58,731 nucleotides of DNA, from positions 1-58,731 of the IMG/VR virus record IMGVR_UViG_3300023199_000106; one strand, written 5' to 3'. The position numbers were made by a program, and so were the translations under genes. This stretch comes from a virus (Duplodnaviria; Caudoviricetes). Below the pieces are notes generated by a model. The model ran no database searches. It saw only the letters and a list, made by a program, of their open reading frames with translations, and was not told the origin of the DNA. Positions 27,762-38,000 of this stretch are shown here, piece after piece. Every line of letters begins with the position of its first letter. The first letter of the stretch is position 1.

Positions 27762-28202
27762 GTGGCTATAAAGATGAGTACCGCCTTGAAAGGCGAGATT
27801 CTATTCCACATAGGACTTATTCAAGCCCTTGAGTTCGGGGTGATTCAGGTCTATTCAGGTAGTCCTCCAGATTCTGCGGATGATGCTCCTACTGGGGCAT
27901 TGCTCGGTAGTATTACTGGAGATGGGTTGACTTGGACTGCGGGTAGTCAGAATGGAGGGCTTCAACTTATTGCTCTTCCATCTTTGGCTTATGTGGTTAA
28001 GCCTCCTACTCAATCATGGGTTTTGAAGGTTAGTAATTCAGGGACCGCTGGTTGGTGGCGGTTTCGGTCGAATAACGATGCAGAGGTTCGTATGGATGGG
28101 CTGGTCACAAATAGTTATCAGGAGCTGTATATAGGTGACCCCATGCTTACTTTAGGTGAAGAACGATTTATTGAGCTTTTTCAAATTGGATTTTTCTGGT
28201 AG
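27762..28202 (+). CDS. virion structural protein
   Basis: MSTALK..IQVYSG..P.SADDA..G.AGWWRF; paralogous to the next gene. Confidence 0.7.
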   Translation: MAIKMSTALKGEILFHIGLIQALEFGVIQVYSGSPPDSADDAPTGALLGSITGDGLTWTAGSQNGGLQLIALPSLAYVVKPPTQSWVLKVSNSGTAGWWRFRSNNDAEVRMDGLVTNSYQELYIGDPMLTLGEERFIELFQIGFFW

Positions 28203-28213
28203 GAGGTAACGTA

Positions 28214-28693
28214 ATGGCTACGATGTCAACTGGGTTAAAGCAGGCGCTCTTAGGAACTGATGATTTCAAAACAGCGATGGATGGAGGTTATATCCATATC
28301 TATGCGTTCGCAGGGTCGTCTGACATTCCAAATCCTGACGCGATAGTGGATACAGGGTCGGATTATTTACTACTGGCTACTATTTCTGCTTCTGGAGGTA
28401 CGTCAACTACAGGGTGTAACTTCGATGCCCCTGTAGCTGGGGTAATCTCGAAAGCTGCTGCGCAAACTTGGGATAACAGCACTTCGAATAATTTGGCGTC
28501 TGGTACAGCGGCTTTCTTTGTGCATCACGCTACTGAGCATGATGGAGATGCTATCGTCGCTTCTACTACGGAAAAGCGAATTGTAGGAAGTGTGGGGTTG
28601 GTAGGTGCTGATATGAATCTACAGTCTCTATCGCTTACTTCCGGCGGAACCCAGGCAATCAGCTACTATAACCTGACACTTGGTGTCGGTTAA
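28214..28693 (+). CDS. virion structural protein
   Basis: AGGAGG RBS; MSTGLK..IHIY..SGTAAFF..GSVG..GADMNL. Confidence 0.75.
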   Translation: MATMSTGLKQALLGTDDFKTAMDGGYIHIYAFAGSSDIPNPDAIVDTGSDYLLLATISASGGTSTTGCNFDAPVAGVISKAAAQTWDNSTSNNLASGTAAFFVHHATEHDGDAIVASTTEKRIVGSVGLVGADMNLQSLSLTSGGTQAISYYNLTLGVG

Positions 28694-28974
28694 TGGCAGT
28701 CTTTGATACTGCGCTGGCAAAGACTACGGCGTATGTTACTGTCCCTCCTGAGTGGGTACTCGGCACAGAGAATGAATGCTCTGTCGTTTTCCATCCAGGA
28801 GGGGGTTCCAGCGGGCCGTCAGAAGAAGTTGATTTGGGATTTGTGTTTACCCATATGCGGATTTTTGTAGAGAATGACCATGGTAGGTTTGCAATAGATG
28901 CAGTTTTTCCTGGCGATTTTGATGGGTATTACGAGATCGTAGATGGCGAATCTGTTTTTATCTCTACGCCTTAG
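28693..28974 (+). CDS. hypothetical protein
   Basis: coupled ORF in tail module. Confidence 0.6.
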   Translation: MAVFDTALAKTTAYVTVPPEWVLGTENECSVVFHPGGGSSGPSEEVDLGFVFTHMRIFVENDHGRFAIDAVFPGDFDGYYEIVDGESVFISTP

Positions 28975-28988
28975 ATTCGGAGCTTGAT

Positions 28989-29375
28989 ATGGCCTTGGAT
29001 TTCGTTTGCCGTGAGGTAACTCGAACTAGAGCGGTTCCTGGTACAGGAGGGATTCATCAAGTCCCTGACATTTCATGGAATGCTACTGCACGCTCTGTTG
29101 AGCGAGTAGTTAATGGTGGGTATTGGAGGTATTCATTTCTGCCTAATTCCGGGGCTGTATTTATTACTGGGCTATTTGATGACTCAGTATCTCAAATTCC
29201 ACAGCCTTCTCTGTATGTCATTGCAACAGAATTCCAGCTAAATAAGATTTTTGTCCATTACGGTACGAGCGTTAGTTCTCCTATTTCCTGGTCTGGAGGT
29301 CGTATCTCCATTGTGTCGTCCCCCCCTTATTATCATGTGATAAATGGTAATAATTTAGCTTGGACTTCTTCATGA
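28989..29375 (+). CDS. hypothetical protein
   Basis: GGAG RBS; tail module. Confidence 0.6.
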   Translation: MALDFVCREVTRTRAVPGTGGIHQVPDISWNATARSVERVVNGGYWRYSFLPNSGAVFITGLFDDSVSQIPQPSLYVIATEFQLNKIFVHYGTSVSSPISWSGGRISIVSSPPYYHVINGNNLAWTSS

Positions 29376-29920
29376 GCAGCGTTGTTAATCTAATTAGTAC
29401 TCAGGGGGTTGAAGTAGGAGGCCCTTCTATAACCACGTTTGAAGGGGTTTCTGAGAGCTATTCTGCCGGGGAGTATATAGTTTCTGCTGTAGGGGAGCAT
29501 ACGAGCTCTTTCAGTGGGTACACTTTTTACCTCGTGTTGGCGTCAGGGACGCATGTAGGGAAGACTCCTACTAAGCTTACCTGGAGAGTTTCTAGTGTAG
29601 TCCTTAATGGCGGAAGCAACTCACCAGATACAGGGTTTTATCGTTCGACTGGGTTTGAAACCTACTCTGGGTTGGACCTCGTTGCTCCTCAACTGTTCGC
29701 TGATACTGGGGGCACTATTACCGAGGCAGGGCCTTATATTTCTTTGTGGAGTGGAGGAACTATCACCCAAAATGATTCTTTGCTAGCTATACGGGCTGAC
29801 TATTCCGGTGTTCCTTGGGTTGATATAGAGATCCATTTTGATAGGTTAGACATCGAGTTTGCAGGAGAGGACGACCGGTTCTGGAAAGATTTTGTCCGTA
29901 CAGTAGAGTACGATCTATGA
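29372..29920 (+). CDS. hypothetical tail protein
   Basis: ATGA-coupled start MSSVV. Confidence 0.6.
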   Translation: MSSVVNLISTQGVEVGGPSITTFEGVSESYSAGEYIVSAVGEHTSSFSGYTFYLVLASGTHVGKTPTKLTWRVSSVVLNGGSNSPDTGFYRSTGFETYSGLDLVAPQLFADTGGTITEAGPYISLWSGGTITQNDSLLAIRADYSGVPWVDIEIHFDRLDIEFAGEDDRFWKDFVRTVEYDL

Positions 29921-31506
29921 GCGGGAATATTGGCGCTAATATATGGCTCACTGGAGAGGCTCTTCGTGAGCCTGAGATTACAACTGGGGTCGACGTACTC
30001 CCAGGTGTAATCTTGCTTGGGGATGTATTAGTACATTGCGGAGATGCTTCTACTGTACAGGGGGCGGATATTTCTTTTCCTCTAAGCATTTCTGCGGGGG
30101 CTATCAATGATGGCGGCGTAGAAATACTGAGCGAAGCCTTGGTTTTTTCTGGGAGTATAGCTTCTGCTCAAGCTGAGTTCTCAATCGGGAGTCTTGAGCT
30201 TTCAACCGGCACGAACATTACCCCTGACATTTCAGGGGTTTCTGTTGCTTTTACGTCAGTGCTGTACGCCTGGTCAGAAGCTTGGAATACCGGAGGGGCG
30301 AGTATATCGAGCCCTCTTTCTTTGTTTGCTGGGGACGTCGATAGCGGAGAAGTATCCTTATCGTTCCCTCTTTTAGTCGATACGCAATCCGTTTCAACCG
30401 GGTTTTATCATGGGCTTGCTTTTTTGCCTGGGCTTGTGGTCCTCAATAACGTTGAAGACATCTATGATCATGCGTTAATTAGCGACAGCACGGCCAGTGA
30501 GCTTCAAATAATCCTTTACGACGTGCTTAAGACATATGAAGGTTTGAGCACTTCAGGTTCGTTTCTCAATGTGCTTATTATGGAGCATATAACAGCCCGC
30601 GTTGTGGCTGCGTTACCTTATATGCTTGAAATTTTTGACTTCGTGCACGGATCTGACCAGGCTGCTTTCAGCGTGTATAAACTGATAACTGCGCATACGC
30701 TGGTGTCAGCTGACGAGGACTACGATACGCAGGTAGCGTTTAATGTAACGTTGAGCGCTGCATTAGTACTGCAAAGCGCAGTTACGTCGGCGTTAGACTT
30801 AACTTTTATAGATGCGGCTGAGGTTCTTTCGGCGAACTCGGCCAACTTACAGGCTGTAATTGATAGCGTAGAGACCCTCCAGGCAATCATATCTATTCCT
30901 GGTACGGCTACGCTATTTTTAGACTCTGATGAGGCTTTAGATGTTTCAGACGAAGCGTCTACGAGTGCTTTTTTACAGGCTTTATTCAGTGAGCAAATTG
31001 ATACATACGTTTCTATCCGAGTCGGGGATGACACTTTTTGCGGATGGGTAATGAACACTGAGTCTACCGGGTTTAGCGAGTATTCTAACTACCCGTTCAA
31101 TAGTCTAGTTTCTGCGGAAGGTCGGTACTTTGCTGTCGCTCAAGATGGAGTATATGAACTGACTGGTGATAGCGATCAGGGGGAGCCGATTGCTGCGAGT
31201 ATCAAGACGGGTCTTATGGATTTAGAAACTTCGTTTACAAAGGATGCAAAGGCAGCTTATATAGGGTATACTTCAACAGGGCGCATGGTCCTTAAAGTGT
31301 CTACTACGGAAAGAGGTCGAAAAAATGAGTGGTGGTACGAAGCGAAGCCTTCTTCGGCAGGGGCCCCTCGTAGTGGGAGGTTTACAATAGGGCGAGGCTT
31401 GCGCTCTCGATATTTTCAGTTCGAGCTGGTAAATGCGGAAGGAGATGACTTCGAGCTTGATGGTATTGAAATTATGTATAGTATTTTATCTCGGAGGTTG
31501 CGATGA
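29917..31506 (+). CDS. tail/virion structural protein
   Basis: C-terminal WVMNT..SEYSNYPFNS..GRGLRSRYFQFEL domain. Confidence 0.7.
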   Translation: MSGNIGANIWLTGEALREPEITTGVDVLPGVILLGDVLVHCGDASTVQGADISFPLSISAGAINDGGVEILSEALVFSGSIASAQAEFSIGSLELSTGTNITPDISGVSVAFTSVLYAWSEAWNTGGASISSPLSLFAGDVDSGEVSLSFPLLVDTQSVSTGFYHGLAFLPGLVVLNNVEDIYDHALISDSTASELQIILYDVLKTYEGLSTSGSFLNVLIMEHITARVVAALPYMLEIFDFVHGSDQAAFSVYKLITAHTLVSADEDYDTQVAFNVTLSAALVLQSAVTSALDLTFIDAAEVLSANSANLQAVIDSVETLQAIISIPGTATLFLDSDEALDVSDEASTSAFLQALFSEQIDTYVSIRVGDDTFCGWVMNTESTGFSEYSNYPFNSLVSAEGRYFAVAQDGVYELTGDSDQGEPIAASIKTGLMDLETSFTKDAKAAYIGYTSTGRMVLKVSTTERGRKNEWWYEAKPSSAGAPRSGRFTIGRGLRSRYFQFELVNAEGDDFELDGIEIMYSILSRRLR

Positions 31507-33338
31507 GCGCTACCCCACCAATTCTTGATTCTGCTGGGTTAGTCAATACCGGGTGGGATCTTTTTTCGAGCAAAGCGAATTCTGCAGTTGCGCAGGCGCT
31601 CGCTTTGGCTGGTACGTTAGGCGAGTTTAATATTTCGCCAGTGACGTATGATGTTTCATTTACGCCACCTTCGAACAATGATTTAGTATTCAATCGTCCT
31701 CAGCGGCCTGATGAACCTATCTTTGATTACCAGGTAGACTTGCCTGAGCCTCTTAACATTACAATTCCGAGCCTTCCGAATTTCGAAGCTCCTCCTGAGT
31801 TCAACAAAGAGGCTCCTGATTTAGACTTTAGCGGAATGCCTGGAGCAGTACAGTTTACTACCCCTCCGAACCCGCCTACTCTAGACGAGGTTGAAATCCC
31901 GGATGCTCCAGTTATTCAAATGCCAGATCTTCCCATTTTTGAAGAGCTGGCTCTTCCTTCTCCTCCGGTATTAGACGACATCGAGTTTTTAGGAGTACGT
32001 CCTGGTTTCAGCGGAGTGGTCCCTACTGCTGGATTAAACTTTGTTGAACCAACATATACTTCTGAGCAGTTAACTAAGATTCAGCAGGAGATTCAGCGGA
32101 TTTTAAACGATGGTACTGGCATGCCTGCTGTTGTTGAGCAGATGCTGGTTGACCGCTTGGTAGAGCGAGAAGAGCGAGAGTCGGCACGGTTAATAGATAC
32201 TGCAGCAGATGAAATTGCAAGCCGTGGCTTTTCCCTCCCTCCAGGAGTGTTGCTGAAACGTATTGATGAAGTTCGACAGAAAAATGCAGATCTTCGGGCT
32301 GCGCGGCATAGAGAAGTTTACTTGTCTCGCCGCCAGGAGGAGGTTCAAAATTTTCAGTTTGCTATAAGTCAAGGAATTGCTTTAGAGAATGTTTTGATCA
32401 ATCTGCATTTAGCAATAGTGCAGCGGTCTTTTGAAGTTGCTCAGTTTGTAGTTAACTTGCAGTATCGACAGCTCGAAGCTACTATTGCTGTTTACAATGC
32501 GGCAATTCAAGGATACCAGGCTGATGCTTCTGTATTCGCGTCGTTGATTCAATCAGAACTTACAAAGTTGGAAAATTATCGTCTTACGATACAAGCAGAA
32601 GCGCTTAAACAAGAGATAGATAAAAACAAGGTTGCTATATACACTGCTCAAATAGAAGCGCTGCGGACGGTTGTAGAAGTTTATAGAGGGCAGATTGAAG
32701 CTGCGAAGGCTGTTGCGGAAAAGAATGCTTCTTCTGTACGTGCTTACGTAGGCTTACTTGACGGCATTCGGCTTGAAATTGAGGGCGCTAAGGCCGAAAG
32801 CCAGATATGGGCAACAAAAATACAAGGACAGCTTGGTAAAGTTCAAGCGTTTGAAGCTGAGTCGAGAGCATTTTTAGCAACAGTGCAGGCATATGAGGTT
32901 GATACGCGAGCTAAAACGGTAGTGCCTGATATTCAAATGAGGGTAGAAGACCTCCGCTTACGTGAGCTTGCTGCATCGCTAGAAGTAGCTAGAAGTAAAA
33001 TCCAGTCAGAAGGGCAGCGGGCATCTGCTTTAGCTTCTGTATTTGGGTCAAAAGCTCAAATATATTCGGCGGACGGTCAGATTGCAACAAATGAATCCGC
33101 AGCGCGTGACAGAAATTTCCGTTCTGCAGTTGAATCACGACGGTTGGAAGCGGAACAAGCTTTGGCTAAAGCTAATCTTGATGTTGAACAAGTGTTACGC
33201 GCTGCTCAGATACTTGTAAGTGCTCTTACCTCTTCCGGTACGATTACATCGCAAGTTGGCTCGGCTGCTATGGCCGCTGTAAACTTGTCGGCAGGAATAA
33301 GGGGCACTGAGAATACAAATTATGAATACAGATTCTAA
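31503..33338 (+). CDS. virion protein, Pro-rich N-terminus plus long coiled coil (ejection/tail-extension-like)
   Basis: SRGFSLPPG motif; extended heptad region. Confidence 0.7.
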   Translation: MSATPPILDSAGLVNTGWDLFSSKANSAVAQALALAGTLGEFNISPVTYDVSFTPPSNNDLVFNRPQRPDEPIFDYQVDLPEPLNITIPSLPNFEAPPEFNKEAPDLDFSGMPGAVQFTTPPNPPTLDEVEIPDAPVIQMPDLPIFEELALPSPPVLDDIEFLGVRPGFSGVVPTAGLNFVEPTYTSEQLTKIQQEIQRILNDGTGMPAVVEQMLVDRLVEREERESARLIDTAADEIASRGFSLPPGVLLKRIDEVRQKNADLRAARHREVYLSRRQEEVQNFQFAISQGIALENVLINLHLAIVQRSFEVAQFVVNLQYRQLEATIAVYNAAIQGYQADASVFASLIQSELTKLENYRLTIQAEALKQEIDKNKVAIYTAQIEALRTVVEVYRGQIEAAKAVAEKNASSVRAYVGLLDGIRLEIEGAKAESQIWATKIQGQLGKVQAFEAESRAFLATVQAYEVDTRAKTVVPDIQMRVEDLRLRELAASLEVARSKIQSEGQRASALASVFGSKAQIYSADGQIATNESAARDRNFRSAVESRRLEAEQALAKANLDVEQVLRAAQILVSALTSSGTITSQVGSAAMAAVNLSAGIRGTENTNYEYRF

Positions 33339-33343
33339 AGGAC

Positions 33344-35038
33344 ATGGCCATGGCACGTACTAGACATAGATTGCGTAAATTCGATTCCACGACGCATCCT
33401 GAACTTGAAAGGGGTCCTGGTGGTACAGGACGACGCCCCGAAGCTCCGAATATACAGGATGACATAGCTGCTACCCGGAATATAGAGGCTCCTCCTGAGC
33501 AGCCGTTTGGGCTTCGCCGCTTAGGGGGGCAATCGCGTCCTGTTCAGCCAATAGTCGGACGGTCTGAGCTAGAAGAAATGCAGAGACGCGCGCGCATTGA
33601 TGCGGCGTCAGCTATAACTAACCCATCGCGAAGGTTGGGTACTCGATCCTCTCGAGGGTTAACTATTGGGCAGCGCGCGCAACTACAAAACGCGCCGACT
33701 GCTGCTGACTTTTTACATAGCCGCCTTGATGCTATGATCAAAAGTCGTCAAGAAAACCCCACTGCTGTAGCGGCTAAGGAGCGTGGTCTTCGCCGGCTTG
33801 AAAACGACCGAAATTTCAACCTGGGCGAACAAGAGATAGCTGTCAGCCGAGAGGCTGCGGCCGCACAAGAGCGCGTGGGGTTGCGCGACGTCGAAGAGCG
33901 CGGCATTTCGAACCAGGCTGATATTCAGGTGCGCCAGGCTGATACTCAGGTGCGCCTGGTCGATGCTCTGACGCGACTAAATCAGAGCATCAACTCGCGC
34001 GGCACTGATGAGCAGCCAGATACTTCCGGGCTGATGCCTACCCGGGATATTACGGATGACAAAGGCAACGTGACTGGCACCGTTTTTGACTATACAGCCT
34101 TCGGCAATATGGATCAAACGGGGCAGCGTGCTATTGCTAGCAACATCGGCACCACAGTAGCTTCGCAGCTTACTGTGTCAGGCATTACTGCGCCTGAGAA
34201 AGACGTCGGGAATTTGGCTTTTACGATGCTGCAGAACACGTCGAGTGAGCTCGCCGGCATGAATGACGAAAAGCGGTCCGTTTACGAACGGGTGCTACCG
34301 AACGACCGCGGTGGTGTTGAGCGGCTGATGGTGGCGGCTCTTGCCCTGCCTTCGCTTGGTAAAGGCGTGTCGGCAGCAACATCACTGCCGCAAGCGCTGG
34401 ATCAAATCATGGAGTTAACGGCAAACGAAAAAGCATCATGGTTTGGTTTAGGGCGGAACAAATCTCGGGTTGGTGAAGCGAGCATTGATTTCGACAAGGC
34501 ACAAGGATTTGCCCGCACGCAGATCAACACACTAAGAGCATTTACTCGCCAGGCTGCGGCAGAGATGGCGCTGGTCAACCCGACGCAAGCCAAAAAAGCG
34601 TTGCGGGCTATTTTGAAAAGCGATTTGGATGAGATTGGGACGCCACCGCCCTTACCCGGCACCAGCTTTATGGGGGCGAATACAATCAGGCCCGAACTCG
34701 CTGCGGAGAGGGATGAACAGCGTGTTAAAATCCTTGCTCAACGAGAGCAGATTAAGGAATTGCAGAAAGCCCTCGCTAAAGATACGCCAGAAGGGCTGGC
34801 TAGAGTGCGCGAGTACATGCTCAACCAGGCAGAAAAAGAGGCGCTAGCAGAAGGTCAAACTCAGGCGCGAAATAGAATTTCACAAGCTGCTACGGACGTA
34901 GTCCATGCACCCGACGGGGCAGAAGCAAGCGCCGATTCTCGCGAGGCAGAAGAAGGCTACCCTCTTCGCAGGAGAGAAGTAAGCGCCGAGTTTCTCGAGG
35001 AAGAAAAAGAAAGAGAGAGATCTCAATATGGCTTCTGA
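33344..35038 (+). CDS. putative internal virion (ejection) protein
   Basis: helical, Ala/Gln/Arg-rich; precedes the giant protein. Confidence 0.55.
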   Translation: MAMARTRHRLRKFDSTTHPELERGPGGTGRRPEAPNIQDDIAATRNIEAPPEQPFGLRRLGGQSRPVQPIVGRSELEEMQRRARIDAASAITNPSRRLGTRSSRGLTIGQRAQLQNAPTAADFLHSRLDAMIKSRQENPTAVAAKERGLRRLENDRNFNLGEQEIAVSREAAAAQERVGLRDVEERGISNQADIQVRQADTQVRLVDALTRLNQSINSRGTDEQPDTSGLMPTRDITDDKGNVTGTVFDYTAFGNMDQTGQRAIASNIGTTVASQLTVSGITAPEKDVGNLAFTMLQNTSSELAGMNDEKRSVYERVLPNDRGGVERLMVAALALPSLGKGVSAATSLPQALDQIMELTANEKASWFGLGRNKSRVGEASIDFDKAQGFARTQINTLRAFTRQAAAEMALVNPTQAKKALRAILKSDLDEIGTPPPLPGTSFMGANTIRPELAAERDEQRVKILAQREQIKELQKALAKDTPEGLARVREYMLNQAEKEALAEGQTQARNRISQAATDVVHAPDGAEASADSREAEEGYPLRRREVSAEFLEEEKERERSQYGF

Positions 35039-38000
35039 CCCATACTCCCAAGATATTATTGATTCTCTGCGTAGTCACGGGATTGACGTACCCGACCCTG
35101 TACAGCCTTTGACACATCAGCAGCGAGTCCGACTTGGCGAGTTGAATCACGAAGCATCGGTTCTTGACAACTTTCATAGTGTTAAGGAACAAGAACGTTT
35201 AGAGAGGCTTCAGCAGGATACTAGGACTATACGACGTCATATCAGCCAGTCCGAAGAAGATCAGCAGGCGTTGCGCCGACGGCTGCTCGATACTGCCGCA
35301 CAGCCTGAGCCTGATCAGCCCCCGACCCTGTTAGACACGATGCGAGTGTCTGGCGATCGGGATTTTCGGCTGGAAGCCCGCGTCGCTCTCGAAGATACGA
35401 CGACGCCTGCCGGCCGGGGTCTGCGAGCGGCGGGCCAAAGCTTGGCCGCAGCCGTGCCAGGCACCGAGGCGCTGATCCGTGGCACTTTCGGCGACGAACG
35501 CGGCGCTGTGCTGGCTGCAGACCGGGCATTGCGACGGCAGGAGAGGGCGGCTGAGATCGGCCCCGACACCAGCATGCGCGGGGTGCTAGAGGGGGACGAC
35601 AGCCTGGTTGAGTGGGCAGCCGGCGCGATAAGTGCTCAGGCGCCGATCCTGGCGACGTTCATCGGCTCAGGATTCGTGGGCGGTCTTGTGTCCCGCGGGC
35701 TGCAGCAAGGGGCGGCTCAGGCACTCAGAGCGCAGGCCGTGCGCACCGGGGCGACGCTGGCTGGCACCGAACGCCGCGTTGCGGCTCAGCTGCTCCAGCT
35801 CAATCGCGCCAGAGAGGCCCACGCAGCGGCGCGCACCCGCAGCACGGCCGGTGCTGTTGGGGGGCGAACTACGCAGCTCCGGTACGACCGGCAGCGCCTG
35901 GCGATGGCTCAGGAGGTTCACGACGAAGCGCGCGAGCTGCTGGTGCGCCACGCACTAAAACGAGCACGGAACGAGCAGATCGGCAGCGCGGTGGCCGCGA
36001 CGAGCGCTGGGGTGCCTTTGTATGGCGCTGAGACCAGCCAGTTTTTGATTGACCCGGAAGCCGACGCGACGATCCAGCAGCGCGCGGCCGCAGGCATTGG
36101 GGCGGCGTTTGTCGCCTCATTGGCGTCTATGGCACCCACCGTGGCCGTGTTGCGGAACGTCGACATGGGCGCCAGCGCTGCGTTCCAGATTCAGCGGGCC
36201 ACTCAGTCCGCTCTGACTCGCGTAGGGGGCGCTGCGGGTCGGCAGGCGGTGTACGAAGGCTCAGCCGAAGCTGTGGCCGAAATCAGCAAAACCGCAGTGC
36301 ACGGACTGATCAACGATAACATCGAGGTGTTCAGCAACGACCAGATATGGCAATACATGGAGGCTGCAGTGGTCGGCGGCATGCTGGGTGGCGGGATCGG
36401 GGGCGCGACGGCTGCACGCGGTAGCGATTTCCGCGAGCTGAGCAGCTGGATGATGCGGCTGCGGCCGGCCGGCCCGTCAGAGTCGCTGGTGATTCAAAGT
36501 CGTTCAGAAGCTGAGCGCTCTCGTTCTGCTCGCCGCGCGCAGCCTGAGAACGACCAGGCGCGCCAGCTGTACGACACGCTGGATGACGAGACGCGCGCGC
36601 AGCAGAGCTTTGAAGGCCCAGGCGGGTTCCTTGAAGAGTTCAAGTGGGATCGGGCCGAAACGACCGCTCTGGGCAATCTGGTGGATGGCATGGACGCGCT
36701 GGAAGCTGGTACGTTGCTACGGATTCTGGTGGACCCTACGGCCGCCGAAGCAGCAGCGACTCCTCTTGAGTCCGGAGCCGAGCTCTCGTCCCTGGGCTCA
36801 GCGGCCTACGAACGCTTGGCCGCAGTGGTTGGCGAAGGAAACATGGCAGCGACCCTTGATGCGGCGCGTGACTCTCTTTTGGCGCAGGAAGCGTTCCTGC
36901 TGCGCATGGATAACCTGGCGTTTGACACGAAGCCGTTGGCACCTGCTGAAGCTCGCCAGATGTCTCGTCGGATTCAGGGGCGTCGGGAGCGCATCAAGGC
37001 GATTCGGGTAGAGATGCAGAGCGAAGGCATTGAATCTTCACCGGCGTTTAACCGAGAAATGGCTGCCGAGATGCTGGGTGATCGGTTTGGGCAGGATCGA
37101 GTATCGGTAGCGGTCGATGATGAGGAGCTTGTCAGCGCGGAGCTTACTAAGGAAGGCATCCAGCGCGATGCAGGTGACGAAGAATTCATAGCAGGTACAC
37201 AAGAAGCGGATCTGGTCGTTTCGTTTCCGTTTGGCCCGGACGACCGTGCTGCTGGCCCGGATGCCCAGCCGCGGAGCACAGAAGGGAAAACGAACATCGG
37301 TCCGGTCGGCCGAGTTTGGACGCGCAACTCCGAGGCAGCGCGCAAGCAGGCGGAGAAGATCAACCAGCGCTCGGGTATGGACCTCGAAGCAGGCCCTGGC
37401 CCCGCCCAAGTGGTGCCGGTCGCTGAGGCAATGGAGCGGGCGAAAATGAGCTCAGAGGACATTATTGCCGTGGCTCGGGAGCACTGGGTAGAGGATACGG
37501 GGCGAGGTAGTCGGTTCAGAAAAGAACAGGCTAAAAAAGCAGCTGACGTTGCAAAAGTACAGGCCGAAGTAGAGCAGGTGCGACAGAGGCTGGCAGAACT
37601 AAAAGCGCAGGCCCCATCTCCAATTGCGCAAATCCAAGAAGAACGTAACAACTTAATCGCTAGACTAGAGGTAGAGGTAGAGTCTGCAGACGACCGCGTA
37701 GCCGCAGCTCGGTTGGAAATAGCCAAAGCCTACCTCAATCAGTTCGAAACTGTCATTTCCGAGCGGCTGCCAGATAGTGTGTCTGGGCGGGAGCAGCGCC
37801 GCTTTTCTGACCGTGAGGCCAATGCTCTAATCCTCTACAAGATGCCATTGAATTTAGAAGGGCATACTCGAGGTGAGCTGGCCGGCAGCCCGGTGGCGAT
37901 CAATATAGTTGGTGCGACGCAAGCGATGTACGGGCGCATCGATGATCGCCAGGCATCCGGCCGGTCTAAAGAAGAACGGCAACGTTCAGGCGAGCGTGAA